Shown in pieces: positions 1-12,150 of a stretch of 37,504 nucleotides of DNA. The translations under genes were made by a program, and so were the position numbers. Origin of the DNA: Ministeria vibrans ATCC 50519 (Eukaryota > Protista > Filasterea); assembly GCA_943704425.1 (NCBI GenBank), contig CALSCP010001392.1, positions 1 through 37,504 on the forward strand, written 5' to 3'. Numbering within the stretch: the stretch's first letter is position 1; each line of letters begins with the position of its first letter. Below the pieces are notes generated by a model. The model was given only the letters and a program-made list of their open reading frames with translations, searched no databases and was not told the origin of the DNA.

Positions 1-65
1 AAAAAAGAGAAAAAAAAAAAAAAGGTCTTTAAGTGTTATGAGACAGAGTCAAAACCGCAAGGTAC

Positions 66-184
66 CGAGGGTCGAAGGCCTGTCCTTCGCTGTATCGTCT
101 CTGGTGCGACACGACGTGGCTGGGGACGGCAGACGCCGTAAAATTCGCTTGTTGGGAATCGCTCAGTTGCTCCGCGGCGCTCAT
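66..184 (-). CDS. Probable first coding exon of a gene running off the left end (MSAAEQLSDSQQANF...AFDPR)
   Basis: ATG at 184, GC-rich open frame, candidate GT donor at 65-64 followed by a pyrimidine/poly-T tract on the minus strand; divergent from the gene at 526. No recognisable domain. Confidence 0.4.
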
Positions 185-525
185 GGTTGTCGACACAGCT
201 CGCAGTGGACTGGATGCAGTGCACAGAGTTGAGTCGCAGCCGCTCGAACGGAGCAAACAAAAATAAAAAAGTGTCACAAATGACAAAATGACAAATGACA
301 AAGAAAAAAGTACCAACATTTGTGACAGTCCGATTGATTGGAAGACAAAACCAAAACAACTTGAGAAAACGCACTGCACGGCGCTTCTCACGAGTGTCTC
401 TACTCTCTGGCGCCTAGTGGGATCACTGGGAGTATGCCCAACTGCCTGCAGTGTGGGACTCGGAGACCCTCAGTCTTTCTGTCTTATCACAGTAAAATGA
501 CTCAAATAAAATACTATTTTTTACT

Positions 526-2123
<1,598 letters not shown>

Positions 2124-2228
2124 TCAATCAACACACACACACACACATTTACAAACAGGGCGAATGAGAAAAAAAAAAAAAAAAAAAAAAAGTAAAAGTA
2201 CACAATACATACAGGTTATAAAACGTTT

Positions 2229-3395
2229 TTAGAGTTCCAGGGCAAAGAGGGCCATGGTATCGCGGAAGGAAGGAGGCAAAGGGGCCACGACGGACGTGCG
2301 GGAGTGCGGGTCGGAGGCAGACGAGGCATTGAGGCGCTTGTAGGCGCGAACGCGGGCAGGGTCTGCCTTGAACGGAGCAAGATGCTCGTGTTGAGGGGGT
2401 CGCAGGGGCACGCTGAGGGAGCGCGCGTGCAAGTGCAGGGGCAGTTGCGTCTGGCTCCACATGCTCAGGCCGAGATTGCTGCGTACCTCCTCTGGCAGAA
2501 TGTGCTCAGCGCCGTACTTGGAGTCGCCCAGGATGGGACAGCCAATGTGTGCCAGGTGAGCACGCAGCTGGTGCTTGCGGCCAGTGCGGGGCTCCAGTTC
2601 GACCAGCGAGACCATGGGGCGACCGCGGAGGGTCCAGCTGGAGAGCACTCTGTAACGCGTCACTGCTGGTTTGCTTGCCTTGGCCATGAAGCGGAAGGCA
2701 AGCGGGCCCTTGGTGAGTAGATCCCCTCGCACGCGCACCCCTCCGTCACGTCGCTCCTCGATGGGAATGGAAATCTCTCCTTCGTGGTTGGGAAGCGCCC
2801 CCGACACAATGGCCAGGTAGTGCTTCTTGACGAGACCCTTGTGGAACCAATTGGTGATCTGACGCGCGGCATCGCTGTTGCGCGCAATCATAAGACAGCC
2901 GCTCGTGTGGCGGTCGATGCGGTGCACCAGGCGTGGCTGCTGGCGATCGTCTGCGGCGCCCGTGGCTGAGTGTGTCTGTACGTCGTCCTTCGTCTTCGTC
3001 TTGTGCGTCGTCGTGTCGGCGGGAAACAGGCTGCCAATGGTAGGCATGAGACTCGCAAGGGACATGGCCGAGCCCTGCACCGCCATGCCCGCCGGCTTGT
3101 CCAGCACCAGCAGCTTAGGATGGCGAAACAGCACAAGCTCCTTCAGCTGCAGCATTTCGCTTCGGGACAGCGCCGCCGCCGGCTGCGACGCTTCCGGTAG
3201 GGCCGCCGCTGCTTCCACTGCAGACTTGCTGAAGTCCACGGGGCGCTTGGCGTTGTGGGGCGCCGGCTGTCGCTTTCGTTGCGTCTGAAACAGCTCACGT
3301 TGTTTCTTGCTCGGTGGAAAGTCCACCGGCTTTTTTCTCATGGGACGCCTTCCTGTAGCCGCCTGCGATGCAAAGCGTATGCATGATCGTATCAT
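2229..3395 (-). CDS. RluA/RluC/RluD-family RNA pseudouridine synthase, probably mitochondrial; intronless
   Basis: 388-aa ORF with LVLDKPAGMAVQ, catalytic HRIDRHTSG, KHYLAIV, TGRKHQLRAHLAHIGCPILGDSKYG and LHLHA motifs. Arg-rich, acid-free N-terminus resembles a mitochondrial presequence. Confidence 0.92.
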   Translation of the reverse strand: MIRSCIRFASQAATGRRPMRKKPVDFPPSKKQRELFQTQRKRQPAPHNAKRPVDFSKSAVEAAAALPEASQPAAALSRSEMLQLKELVLFRHPKLLVLDKPAGMAVQGSAMSLASLMPTIGSLFPADTTTHKTKTKDDVQTHSATGAADDRQQPRLVHRIDRHTSGCLMIARNSDAARQITNWFHKGLVKKHYLAIVSGALPNHEGEISIPIEERRDGGVRVRGDLLTKGPLAFRFMAKASKPAVTRYRVLSSWTLRGRPMVSLVELEPRTGRKHQLRAHLAHIGCPILGDSKYGAEHILPEEVRSNLGLSMWSQTQLPLHLHARSLSVPLRPPQHEHLAPFKADPARVRAYKRLNASSASDPHSRTSVVAPLPPSFRDTMALFALEL

Positions 3396-3511
3396 GACTA
3401 GGAATTATAACTGGAAAGTGGAAATAGTTCTTTTATAATTTATTCGTTTTGTTGTTACAACTTTGTTCAGTTCAGTGTTCACATTGATCATTCACTTCAT
3501 AAAAATTATTC

Positions 3512-4319
3512 ATGTCTCGAGATCGATCAACAAGCTCTGTGTCTCACGGTTCGCTGGATGCATCTGAGCTGGGTGATGAGGAGGTGACAGAATTGGCGCG
3601 CCAGTTGGAGGAAAACGACCGGTCGTTAAGAGTAAGGAAAAGCGAGCGAGTCTCATCCCATCCGACTCGGAGAGCCCTTCTTAACGCGCCTGTGCATGGC
3701 TCGCGGGTCCGTGCTGCCCCTGTAGGAGTCCGCGCTGAAGTACCAAGGCGCACTGGCGACGATGAAGCAAGCGCAAGACGAATGCTCCAAAGTACGCTCT
3801 TGCGTCGCTTCTCCCGTCTCCCACTCACTCCTGCGCTCGCTGTTGCCCCCTATTTTGCTCCTCCCCTTCGTAGCTTATTAAAACTGGTCGGGCCTCAGTG
3901 GCGACCCTCAAGAAAACAGTCAATTCGAACAGCAGTAAGCAATCACGTAGTTTTTTCCGTTTCCATTTTCCGACTTGCCTCACTTTTATTTTCCTTCCTC
4001 TCTCCTTTCTCTCTTATTTTTATTTATTTATATATAGACATTCCCCAGGATCGGAAGAAGGCCTTTGTAGGGCAGCTGACCGAACGGCTTGGCGAATACA
4101 AGACCATTGAGCAGCCGTTCCCGCACAAAACAAGGTACAAAGAAAATGCCATCTTCCAATCATATAACCGTTGTTTTTTTTGTTGTCAGTTTCTTGTTAA
4201 ACGCAGTCCTTGGCAGTGTTAACGTGACACAGCCGCTTTTTATGGATCGGTTTCACTACAAAAGCGAATATGAAAAGTTCAAACTGCGCTTAACCATAGT
4301 CACAATTGTGCTCTGTCTG

Positions 4320-4413
<94 letters not shown>

Positions 4414-5609
4414 TAGAGACACAATTGACGGATTGTGAATCGGTTTATAGGCAATCTGACGTATCTGTCGTATCGAGTGACGGATGCCTTTTTCTATTTG
4501 CTTCTCGTTTGGTTTTACAGGTAAAGAACGATCATAATTATAGAGTAAAAGAAACTTATTGCAACACTGAATGTGACAACACGAGTGTAGTACTGTGACA
4601 GTTCGGGAGCACATTCTGGTTGCAAACGGGTCGCGCATTCAGCCGTGGTGGCTCATTCATCACTATGTGTCGATTGGTATGATATATTTATTGCAGTGTG
4701 TTTTGTAATTGTTTTGATTGTGGCTTCAATTCTAATTCATTCTGCAATTTATCGTGTGGGATTTATGATTGTGAAGACCGGTGTTTGTTGTGTTGGTGTT
4801 TTTGTTTGATGAATGACCGAACCTACTGTGAGAAGCCTCGGAGCAGCCGTTCACTGTTACTCTCTCGAAAGTGTTTTGTGTGCTTGCTTGTCGTAACACC
4901 TTCTCTTCTCTCCCCCGTATCTTGTTTAGCTCTGTGTTGTGTGTCGCTGTTATGGCCAAATACCGATTCGTATCGACTGTTTCGCCACCAGTACATGTCC
5001 TTTGCCCTATACATTGGTAAGCACAACCCTAGCCCGAATGTATCCCTGGCGTGTAGTCCTAATCCCAATGTCAAATGCAATCCTAGCCAGATCGCGAATG
5101 CGCCAAGACCCGAAATTCTAACCCTACTGACTCATGTAACTTCCATTTCTAGCACTCGCACAGCTCTTCCAGTTCAGCTACCAGCAACAGCGCATCTACA
5201 CAAAAATTGCACTGGGCCAAACCGACCAAATGGCCACTACAAACGAGTTTGGCGGTGGTGGCTCACTTAGACTTCCGTCACTCGTCATTATCCTTTACAT
5301 TGGTCACGTACGATGAGCCTATCGACAGTCGTCCCACTCTCACTCACTTGACTATTTTAGTTTTGGCAAATTTACAATGCGTACTTTCTCTATCACTTAT
5401 ATCACACTCCCCAGTGCAACGAGTGGCACGTAAGCCAACCCACCCTTCCTTCATCTTCACTCACTGGTCGCACATGTGCCGGTTTCTCTCGGTTTTAGGT
5501 TCCGGCTTTGGGGATTCTGTTCACTGTGTTGGGACTGGGGAATTTCTCTACTGTGTCCTACACACTTATCACCAAGTTCCGAACGAGAGAGGAAAGGAAA
5601 ACAGAGTAG
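3512..5609 (+). CDS. TMEM120: TMEM120 (TMPIT/TACAN) family membrane protein, multi-exon
   Basis: N-terminal coiled-coil exons, then LGSVNVT...RFHYKSEYEKFKL, VREHILVANGSRIQPWWLIHHYVS, QFSYQQQRIYTKIALG, and a last exon VPALGILFTVLGLGNFSTV ending TAG at 5607-5609. These match TMEM120 family motifs. Some internal boundaries are not fully resolved. Confidence 0.88.
4327..4411. repeat. (GA)n microsatellite in intron
   Basis: Perfect GA run of about 85 bp inside a TMEM120 intron. Confidence 0.95.
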
Positions 5610-5978
5610 TAACCTGGCCACGTGTGTGTGAGAGAGAGAGGAGGGAGAAAGAAACAAACAAAGTGATGCAGAGAGGGAATATTAAATCGTTTAAAATACA
5701 ACAACTTGTCAAAGATTGCGAATTGTCACGTACTCTTTTAGCTCCATTAGATGACAATGTAAAGGAGAAACCAATGAACCAAGCAGATTCATTTATCTAT
5801 TTATTTAGCAGCCTGTGTTGCCGACTTGCCGGTTGCGGTAAATGCGTGCGATTATTAATAATAATCATAAAATAATAATTATAATACTAGTATTATTGAA
5901 TTACGATGAATAGTACGTCTCATAATTTACACTCGTTCAACTAAATACTTGAAAATTAAAATAATAATAATAATAATA

Positions 5979-6013
<35 letters not shown>

Positions 6014-6036
6014 TAATAATTATTATTTTATTTCGA

Positions 6037-7957
6037 ATGCGTCCTGTTTTGATATTTCTGCTGGTCGTCACAGTTGCACCTTGCATCCCTGCGCACATAT
6101 CGTTCAATGCGAGTAGTCTGTGGGCCGTTGAGCGCGCCGCCGACGACGCCTCGATGCAATGCGATTGGCCAATTGCAAATAGTCTATCAGTGTCACTTCA
6201 AAAGCCATTATCGATCACGCCCGTCCGATTCTTTGTCAGCAAACTGGCAGCGAGCTCAACCCACTTGCCGCACGCCCTTGCCCTTCGACTCTACGAACGA
6301 CGCGCACTATCACGCACCCTCGGCTGGCGCAGGGTGTACAATGTGGCCGTACGTATACGTATAAACGTCAACTGAAACTCCCCTTTTAATCCATCTCTCA
6401 CCTCCGATATAATCATATGATAGAACGCCGATTGGGTATTTGTGGCCGACTTTTCCACAGCAGCCAAAGTTCAAATGAGCTATCCTGCAGTACCTATGAT
6501 CTCCATGATCGCCGGCCTGCAATGGCTCGTCAACGATGCGGCGCGGCACTGGTCCATGTCGGTGCTCGTTGCACAGCGCCATTTCCCAGTGGACGCCGCC
6601 TTGGCCATGCAACCGCTTACCGTCGACCTCACCGACCGCGCGCACTGCGAAACGCTCTTTCCCGACGACACCACGTACATTCCACACGACCCCTGGCTCA
6701 GAATGGCTGCAGAAAATCCACTATGGCTCGTCGAGACAGCCCCAGCGCGACCTGCACTCGCTCCCCCCGTCACTCAAGTGCTCAACACAACTCAACTACG
6801 CGATGCGTTTCCCGACTGCAGCACTATTATGCGCGAAGGCCATTATGCTCGCTTTGGTGCCACCGCCACCTCGTGTGTCACTGCTGCAAACTCCCTCACC
6901 ATCCGCTTCCCCCCTTCGCCAAACACCCCAGCAGACGATTCTCCCTCTGAACACCACTTCTCTCTTCGCTCTCATCTCCTCATCGCGTCAACACGACCCT
7001 TCCTTGCCCTCCATCGCGTCCTCTACGCCTCCGTCACAGCAACGCCCATCCCCAGCAACGCCACGTCTGCTGCACTCTGCCGTCTGCGACTGCGCCCCGT
7101 CAATACCCTCACTCAACTCGCCCAGTTTGCCAGCACCGGCATCTCCCTTGACCCCTCCCGTCTCCTCATGCTCCCCGACGCTCTCTTCCGCCACATCTTT
7201 CCCGACGAACAATCGCGCGACGCTCAAATCGAGTCGTTGCTCGAGGAAATGCACTGCCGCGCCCGTACGAAAAATTGCAACGCTACGAGCAACCCGAGTT
7301 TACGACTTTTCTTGACTCAACTTATCAACTTAGAATTCGCGTTCGAGTCGGTATTGGGACAACTCGAACGACGAAACCGAAACAACGCAAGGAACAGACA
7401 AGGACACGAAGATAGCTTTGCACGGCTGCAGATGGACTGGATAGTGCGCGAAGGAACAAATGGAGAGCCACAGGCAGTGCTGGTACGCATTGCCACAGAC
7501 GACCGGTAAAAATAAGGCAGATGAGCGAGAGCGAAAGGAGGGGGAAAGAAACAAAGTGATAGAGAGAGAGGAGGGAGAAAGGAACAAAGTGATAGAGAGA
7601 GGAGGGAGAAAGGAACAGAGAATATATATATAATATAATATATATAATTATATATATATATCATCGTTATGTCCTGTCTGGTATAGGGAGCCGTTTGGAG
7701 TGGAATCGAGTGTGGATCATGCTCTTGAAGAGTCGGTTGTCAGTGCCAGTGCGCTCGTTCACACACTCTCCCTCCAACAACCACACCAGCAACAGCAAGA
7801 TGACACACAGAAGACAAGCACGCGTGTACATCCCATCAGTCGACTGCACTCGGGGGATGTGGTCGCCAAGTGGACAGTGGTGTACAGTGAGGCTGAGCGC
7901 AAGGCCTGTCCACACCAGCAACACAGCACAGAGAGCAACTGTGCTCTCACAACCTGA
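6037..7957 (+). CDS. Signal-peptide protein with a highly degenerate tubulin-tyrosine-ligase-like (ATP-grasp) domain, 3 exons
   Basis: Exons 6037-6348, 6424-7505 and 7687-7957 join in phase (introns GTACGT..TAG and GTAAAA..TAG). Hydrophobic N-terminus MRPVLIFLLVVTVAPC. Colinear TTLL-like blocks: ISMIAGLQWL, FPDDTTYIP, LWLVET, FSLRSHLLIASTRP, FARLQMDWIV, AVLVRIA. The gene structure is solid; the family call is tentative. Confidence 0.6.
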
Positions 7958-7996
7958 CCTCTACATTATTATATATCAAAAAGAAATAACTGATGA

Positions 7997-8783
7997 TTAC
8001 ACTGAACTGTCTTCAGCGGCCGCAGTGATTTTGCTGCTGTTGCGGGGATGTTTGGCGAGCTTATCCATCATCTCCTGGCACACCTCCTCCGTCAGACACC
8101 CAAAACACCACGGACGCCCCTCGCGCTCCTTGAACTTTACTCCGTCAAGAGACAGAGAACACTTGCAGCACTTGAAACACTATTAAAATGAAAGAGAGAG
8201 AGAGAGAGAGAGAAAGAATGAGGAAAGCGGGAAACACACGCACACACATATAATAGTTATATGACTCTTTGTGTATTGATATCACATATGTAATAATAAT
8301 AATAAAAATACAAGCTTACCGTCGGGTGAATTTTTTGTCCTTTATACTCCAGATACCTACAACAAAATAATAATCATTCACGCACACACACACATACACA
8401 CACACACATACACACACACACATACATATACACTTTCTCACTCCTTTCTCCCTCTTTTCTGTCGTTTCGTACCACCCTGATAACGGCTCACTACAGAGAT
8501 GGCACTTTGCTTTACCACACTACATAGAAGCACAAAAACAGTCGATGAGCTACACTCGAACGGCTTCAGGCCTCTATCGTTCCTCGTCTTACGTCTGGGT
8601 GAAATACATCGCCATTGCGCTCAACAAACATTCCCGACTCGCCAAAATCCTTTCCACACTCGGCACAGACAAAACACGACTCGTGAAACACGCCCGTTGC
8701 TGTTTTGCATGTCGCCCCGCGCGTAATGGGCTGCTTACATTTCGTACACGTTTCTCTATATGGGCATCAAACATGACAATCAT

Positions 8784-8874
<91 letters not shown>

Positions 8875-9412
8875 AAACACACACACAAACAACTGTTACC
8901 TCTTCTCATTGGTTGGCTCTGGTGTAGTAGTGAGTACGTGCGATGACTACAGGACAAGAGCCGCTCAGTACACAGCACATCACGTAAAACACAGTCACAG
9001 GTTGTTGTCTCTCTCTTTCTCTCTCTCTCTTTACCGCTCGCCTCTGTCTGTCTGGTTCCTGTCTTTTCGTCGCTGCTGCGCAAGTGTCACAGAATATTTT
9101 GCCTGATCGTTCGACAAAGGCGCCTAAGGCGTACGGGCAGCAGAGCACAGCGAGAAAGAAAAAATGAGCGACGAGAGAAAAAAAAAAAAAAAAAAAAAAG
9201 CATTGCAGTTGGAGAAAGAAGAAGAAGGAGAAAGGCAACGCACCTCTTAACTCAGTAGAGCAATTTACACATTTGAAGCAGTCGGGGTGGAAGAAGAAGC
9301 CCATGGCCTCGACGTTGGTCCGGCCCAGGTCGGCACGACACGCAAAGCACTTTCCGGCAATGCACTGGCAGGCGGCCATGGGCTCCGAGCATGTGTCGCA
9401 AAAGGTGGGCAT
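7997..9412 (-). CDS. LIM-domain protein with 3 LIM domains
   Basis: Spliced exons give CFAC..HPDCFKCVNC..CDTC, then CTKC..HESCFVCAEC..HPDC, then CHLC..HPTCFKCCKC..CFGC. ATG at 9412, TAA at 7999-7997, canonical in-phase introns. Confidence 0.88.
8785..8866. repeat. (CA)n microsatellite in intron
   Basis: Perfect CA run inside an intron of the LIM gene. Confidence 0.95.
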
Positions 9413-9584
9413 GGCCACCCTCTGAAAGTGTGCGTGGAGGGCTTCAGACAAAATTGACTGCTGAAGCGGTGGAGCGGTGGAGAGTGCGAATGAGCCGCAA
9501 TTGCAAACGAATGACGACTGAGGCCCAACTCCAAAGTGTACCAATTACAATACAAAATCACTTTTCAATCAGTTCATTCTTTGC

Positions 9585-11864
9585 ATGAATAGAAACAACC
9601 ATTCTGTCTCCATGTCCATGCGGCTGAGTGCGCGCGGCGCCTCGACTGCCAGCATTGTTGTTTCGGACGACTTTGAATATGGCGGTCGAATTATTTTGCC
9701 TGCGTCGCTCCTCCACACCTGGTCGAACCAAGTCATCAACAAAGGTGATCCCACATGCATATGCGTGTACATGTGCAGTCTACGACGCCTGAAGTCGCCC
9801 CGCTTACGTTTTTTTTTTTTTTGTTCGTGTCTTGTTCGCGAATTTTTTTCAGACACGCCTGTGTGCTTAAAGCTGCAAAACACCCGTCGACGCACCACTG
9901 CCTACTGCGGCGTGCGTGATTTTACAGCAGACGAAGGCGTTGCCGTCGTCACCGAGCAGCTTATGCGCTCGCTACAGCTGGTGGACGGCGACGCACTTTC
10001 GCTTGAAGTCGTCGACCTTCCGCCGGCCGAGTCGTGCACGCTACAGCTCACACGCCGCGATCTGCTGCGCGTCGTTGATCAGCGAGCCGTTCTCGAGGAG
10101 GCGTTGAGCGCTCAGTACACGACGCTGTCGCGCGGCGAAGTGATCAAGTTTCGTCATGACGGCAACGTCTACGGATTGCTTGTGAAGCAACTCGAGCCGG
10201 CCGGCGAGGCCTGCTGCATTGTTGGTGCTGAGCTGTCGGTTGAATTGGTGCCGCCTCCGGGTATGCCCACGGAGCGCTCGATGTCGAGCGAAATTGTACA
10301 GTTGGAGTGTGGCGCCGAGAGCCCTACGCGACGCGTCGCGTCTGTCGACTACCCGAGTCGCTACGAGTTTCGCCTTGGCGCCGGCGAACACGTGCGTATT
10401 GAGTGCGAAACAGTCGACGACGACGATACAGTGGGATCCGTGACGTTGACACAGGCGAGGTCGAGCGGCATGACGACGGGAGCAGACTTTGAGGTGTACG
10501 CGAGTGGCGGCTGGTCGCACTGCCGCGAACCGTCGCGCAGCCACCACGATTTTGCTCCAGAACGCGATTCTATCGGCCACGCTGTTGTCGACGTGCGTAG
10601 CATCGACGCGCACACAGTTGGCTCCGTGTACATCACCGTGATACCCTTTGGCGCCCGCGAGCGCGCACCCCATTCGATTCGCGTTCTCTATGCTCTCGAT
10701 AGTCACAGCGGAGCTGTCGACATGCAGAGTGAGTCGAGTGTGCCCTCCGACAACACGCAGCGGTGCGGCAACTGCCATCAGTCTATTCTCACTGCATCGT
10801 ATGCCCTGCACACCGCAGTGTGCGCGCGCAACAACACACTCTGTCCCATATGTGCGGCGGTGGTGCGCACACGCGATCTGACGCAGCACGTTCACTGCAC
10901 CGACTGTGGCATGCTCGTTGAAGGCACGGGTGCCCTTGAAAAACACCGCACTATTCGTCATACACCCCTTGCGTGCGACTGTGGTCTTTCCTTCACAATG
11001 AACACCATGACAACGCACCGTCGCGAGACGTGTGTGCGTCGCATTAGTCAGTGTCGCTACTGCGGTAACTTGGGTCCTGTGGGCGAGCCCCCCAGCGATC
11101 ATGGCGCGCGTATGCTGGGCCTGACTGCACACGAAGTGTTCTGTGGTGGTCGCACCGAACGCTGTCGCGTCTGCAACTCGGCTGTGCGCGTCAAAGACCT
11201 CGCAACTCACGCGAAAGTGCACGAATTCGACGAGCAACACAGGAAGCCACGAGAACACGACAGCTCTGCCGTCGCATCTGTCTCTGATGCCCAACGGCAT
11301 GCTGCCTGGTCTGCTGCCTTTCCTGTTCGTGGCGACGAACAGCTTCGAGCTGCACTGCATCAGCAGCAGCTATCTCAGCCACTATTGCTGCCGGTACAGC
11401 CTCCGCCACCCGCAGCTCAAGTGGTGGCACCGAGTCGACGCAAAGTACATGTGCGAAAGTGCCCGACAGTCGGATGCTGGCGTGACGGTGTTGACGCAAA
11501 CATTAAGGGACTATGTGTGGGCTGTCGTGCGACGCTGGAGCAGGCGAGTGGCTCCACCGTAACATCAGAACAAACTCTGCTTGGCGCTCTTGTACGACAG
11601 TACTTTCGTCAAGCGACGCAAGGCTGTGGCCGTGTCGAGGGCTGCAGTAACCGCAATGCATGCTGTACTGCCGACAGTGTAACCAGCCCACCCTTTGAGC
11701 CCAACGAGAGTGCTCACTTTGCTCTCACAATGGCGCGTGAGGATGTTGCGTCTGGGCGATTCCGTGTCTGTGCTAACGACCCTCGACTCGACTCTATGCT
11801 CGCTCAGGGAACAACTCTGGAGCAAGCGGTGCGTCAGATGCGTCAAGTTCTCTCGCAGCAGTAA
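9585..11864 (+). CDS. UFD1-family protein with tandem Cys/His zinc fingers and a C-terminal AZUL-like Zn module
   Basis: UFD1 N-domain motifs GGRIILPAS, YCGVRDFTADEG and LEEALSAQYTTLSRGE. Repeated CxxC...H...C/H fingers. YFRQATQGCGRVEGCSNRNAC resembles the UBE3A AZUL motif. Probable in-frame intron 9745-9852. The start could instead be 9612. Confidence 0.82.
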   Translation: MNRNNHSVSMSMRLSARGASTASIVVSDDFEYGGRIILPASLLHTWSNQVINKGDPTCICVYMCSLRRLKSPRLRFFFFCSCLVREFFSDTPVCLKLQNTRRRTTAYCGVRDFTADEGVAVVTEQLMRSLQLVDGDALSLEVVDLPPAESCTLQLTRRDLLRVVDQRAVLEEALSAQYTTLSRGEVIKFRHDGNVYGLLVKQLEPAGEACCIVGAELSVELVPPPGMPTERSMSSEIVQLECGAESPTRRVASVDYPSRYEFRLGAGEHVRIECETVDDDDTVGSVTLTQARSSGMTTGADFEVYASGGWSHCREPSRSHHDFAPERDSIGHAVVDVRSIDAHTVGSVYITVIPFGARERAPHSIRVLYALDSHSGAVDMQSESSVPSDNTQRCGNCHQSILTASYALHTAVCARNNTLCPICAAVVRTRDLTQHVHCTDCGMLVEGTGALEKHRTIRHTPLACDCGLSFTMNTMTTHRRETCVRRISQCRYCGNLGPVGEPPSDHGARMLGLTAHEVFCGGRTERCRVCNSAVRVKDLATHAKVHEFDEQHRKPREHDSSAVASVSDAQRHAAWSAAFPVRGDEQLRAALHQQQLSQPLLLPVQPPPPAAQVVAPSRRKVHVRKCPTVGCWRDGVDANIKGLCVGCRATLEQASGSTVTSEQTLLGALVRQYFRQATQGCGRVEGCSNRNACCTADSVTSPPFEPNESAHFALTMAREDVASGRFRVCANDPRLDSMLAQGTTLEQAVRQMRQVLSQQ

Positions 11865-12150
11865 CACGCACGCACACACACAGGAAGAAGAAGGATAAGA
11901 AGAAGAAGAAAAAGAAAGTATAGAGAGAGACAATGCAAATGCTGTATACACAATGTGAATTAATAGTTAAAAGTTTGATATGACGTGTGAGACAAGAGAA
12001 TTGCCCAATCATTTCAGTTTCTTTTTCTCCGCACACATTGTCGTTACAATCAAGCGCAACGAAGCAAAGAGTGGAACGAGACCAAAGAATGTTTAATTGA
12101 TAATAAAATAATTAAAATTTCAGTGATGGTTATATTGAGAGAGGTTTGTT

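Noticed and set aside
2229-3395. Intronless pseudouridine synthase as a retrocopy or HGT
   Set aside because: Other long uninterrupted exons occur in this window, the ORF is intact with a plausible targeting peptide, and no TSD is evident.
7667-7924. Minus-strand 85-aa ORF or possible ncRNA between genes
   Set aside because: Explained as the antisense of the last exon (7687-7957) of the plus-strand gene starting at 6037.
10041-11360. 439-aa antisense ORF (likewise 26314-27198 and other long shadow ORFs)
   Set aside because: Antisense to well-supported GC-rich coding exons, with no recognisable motifs.
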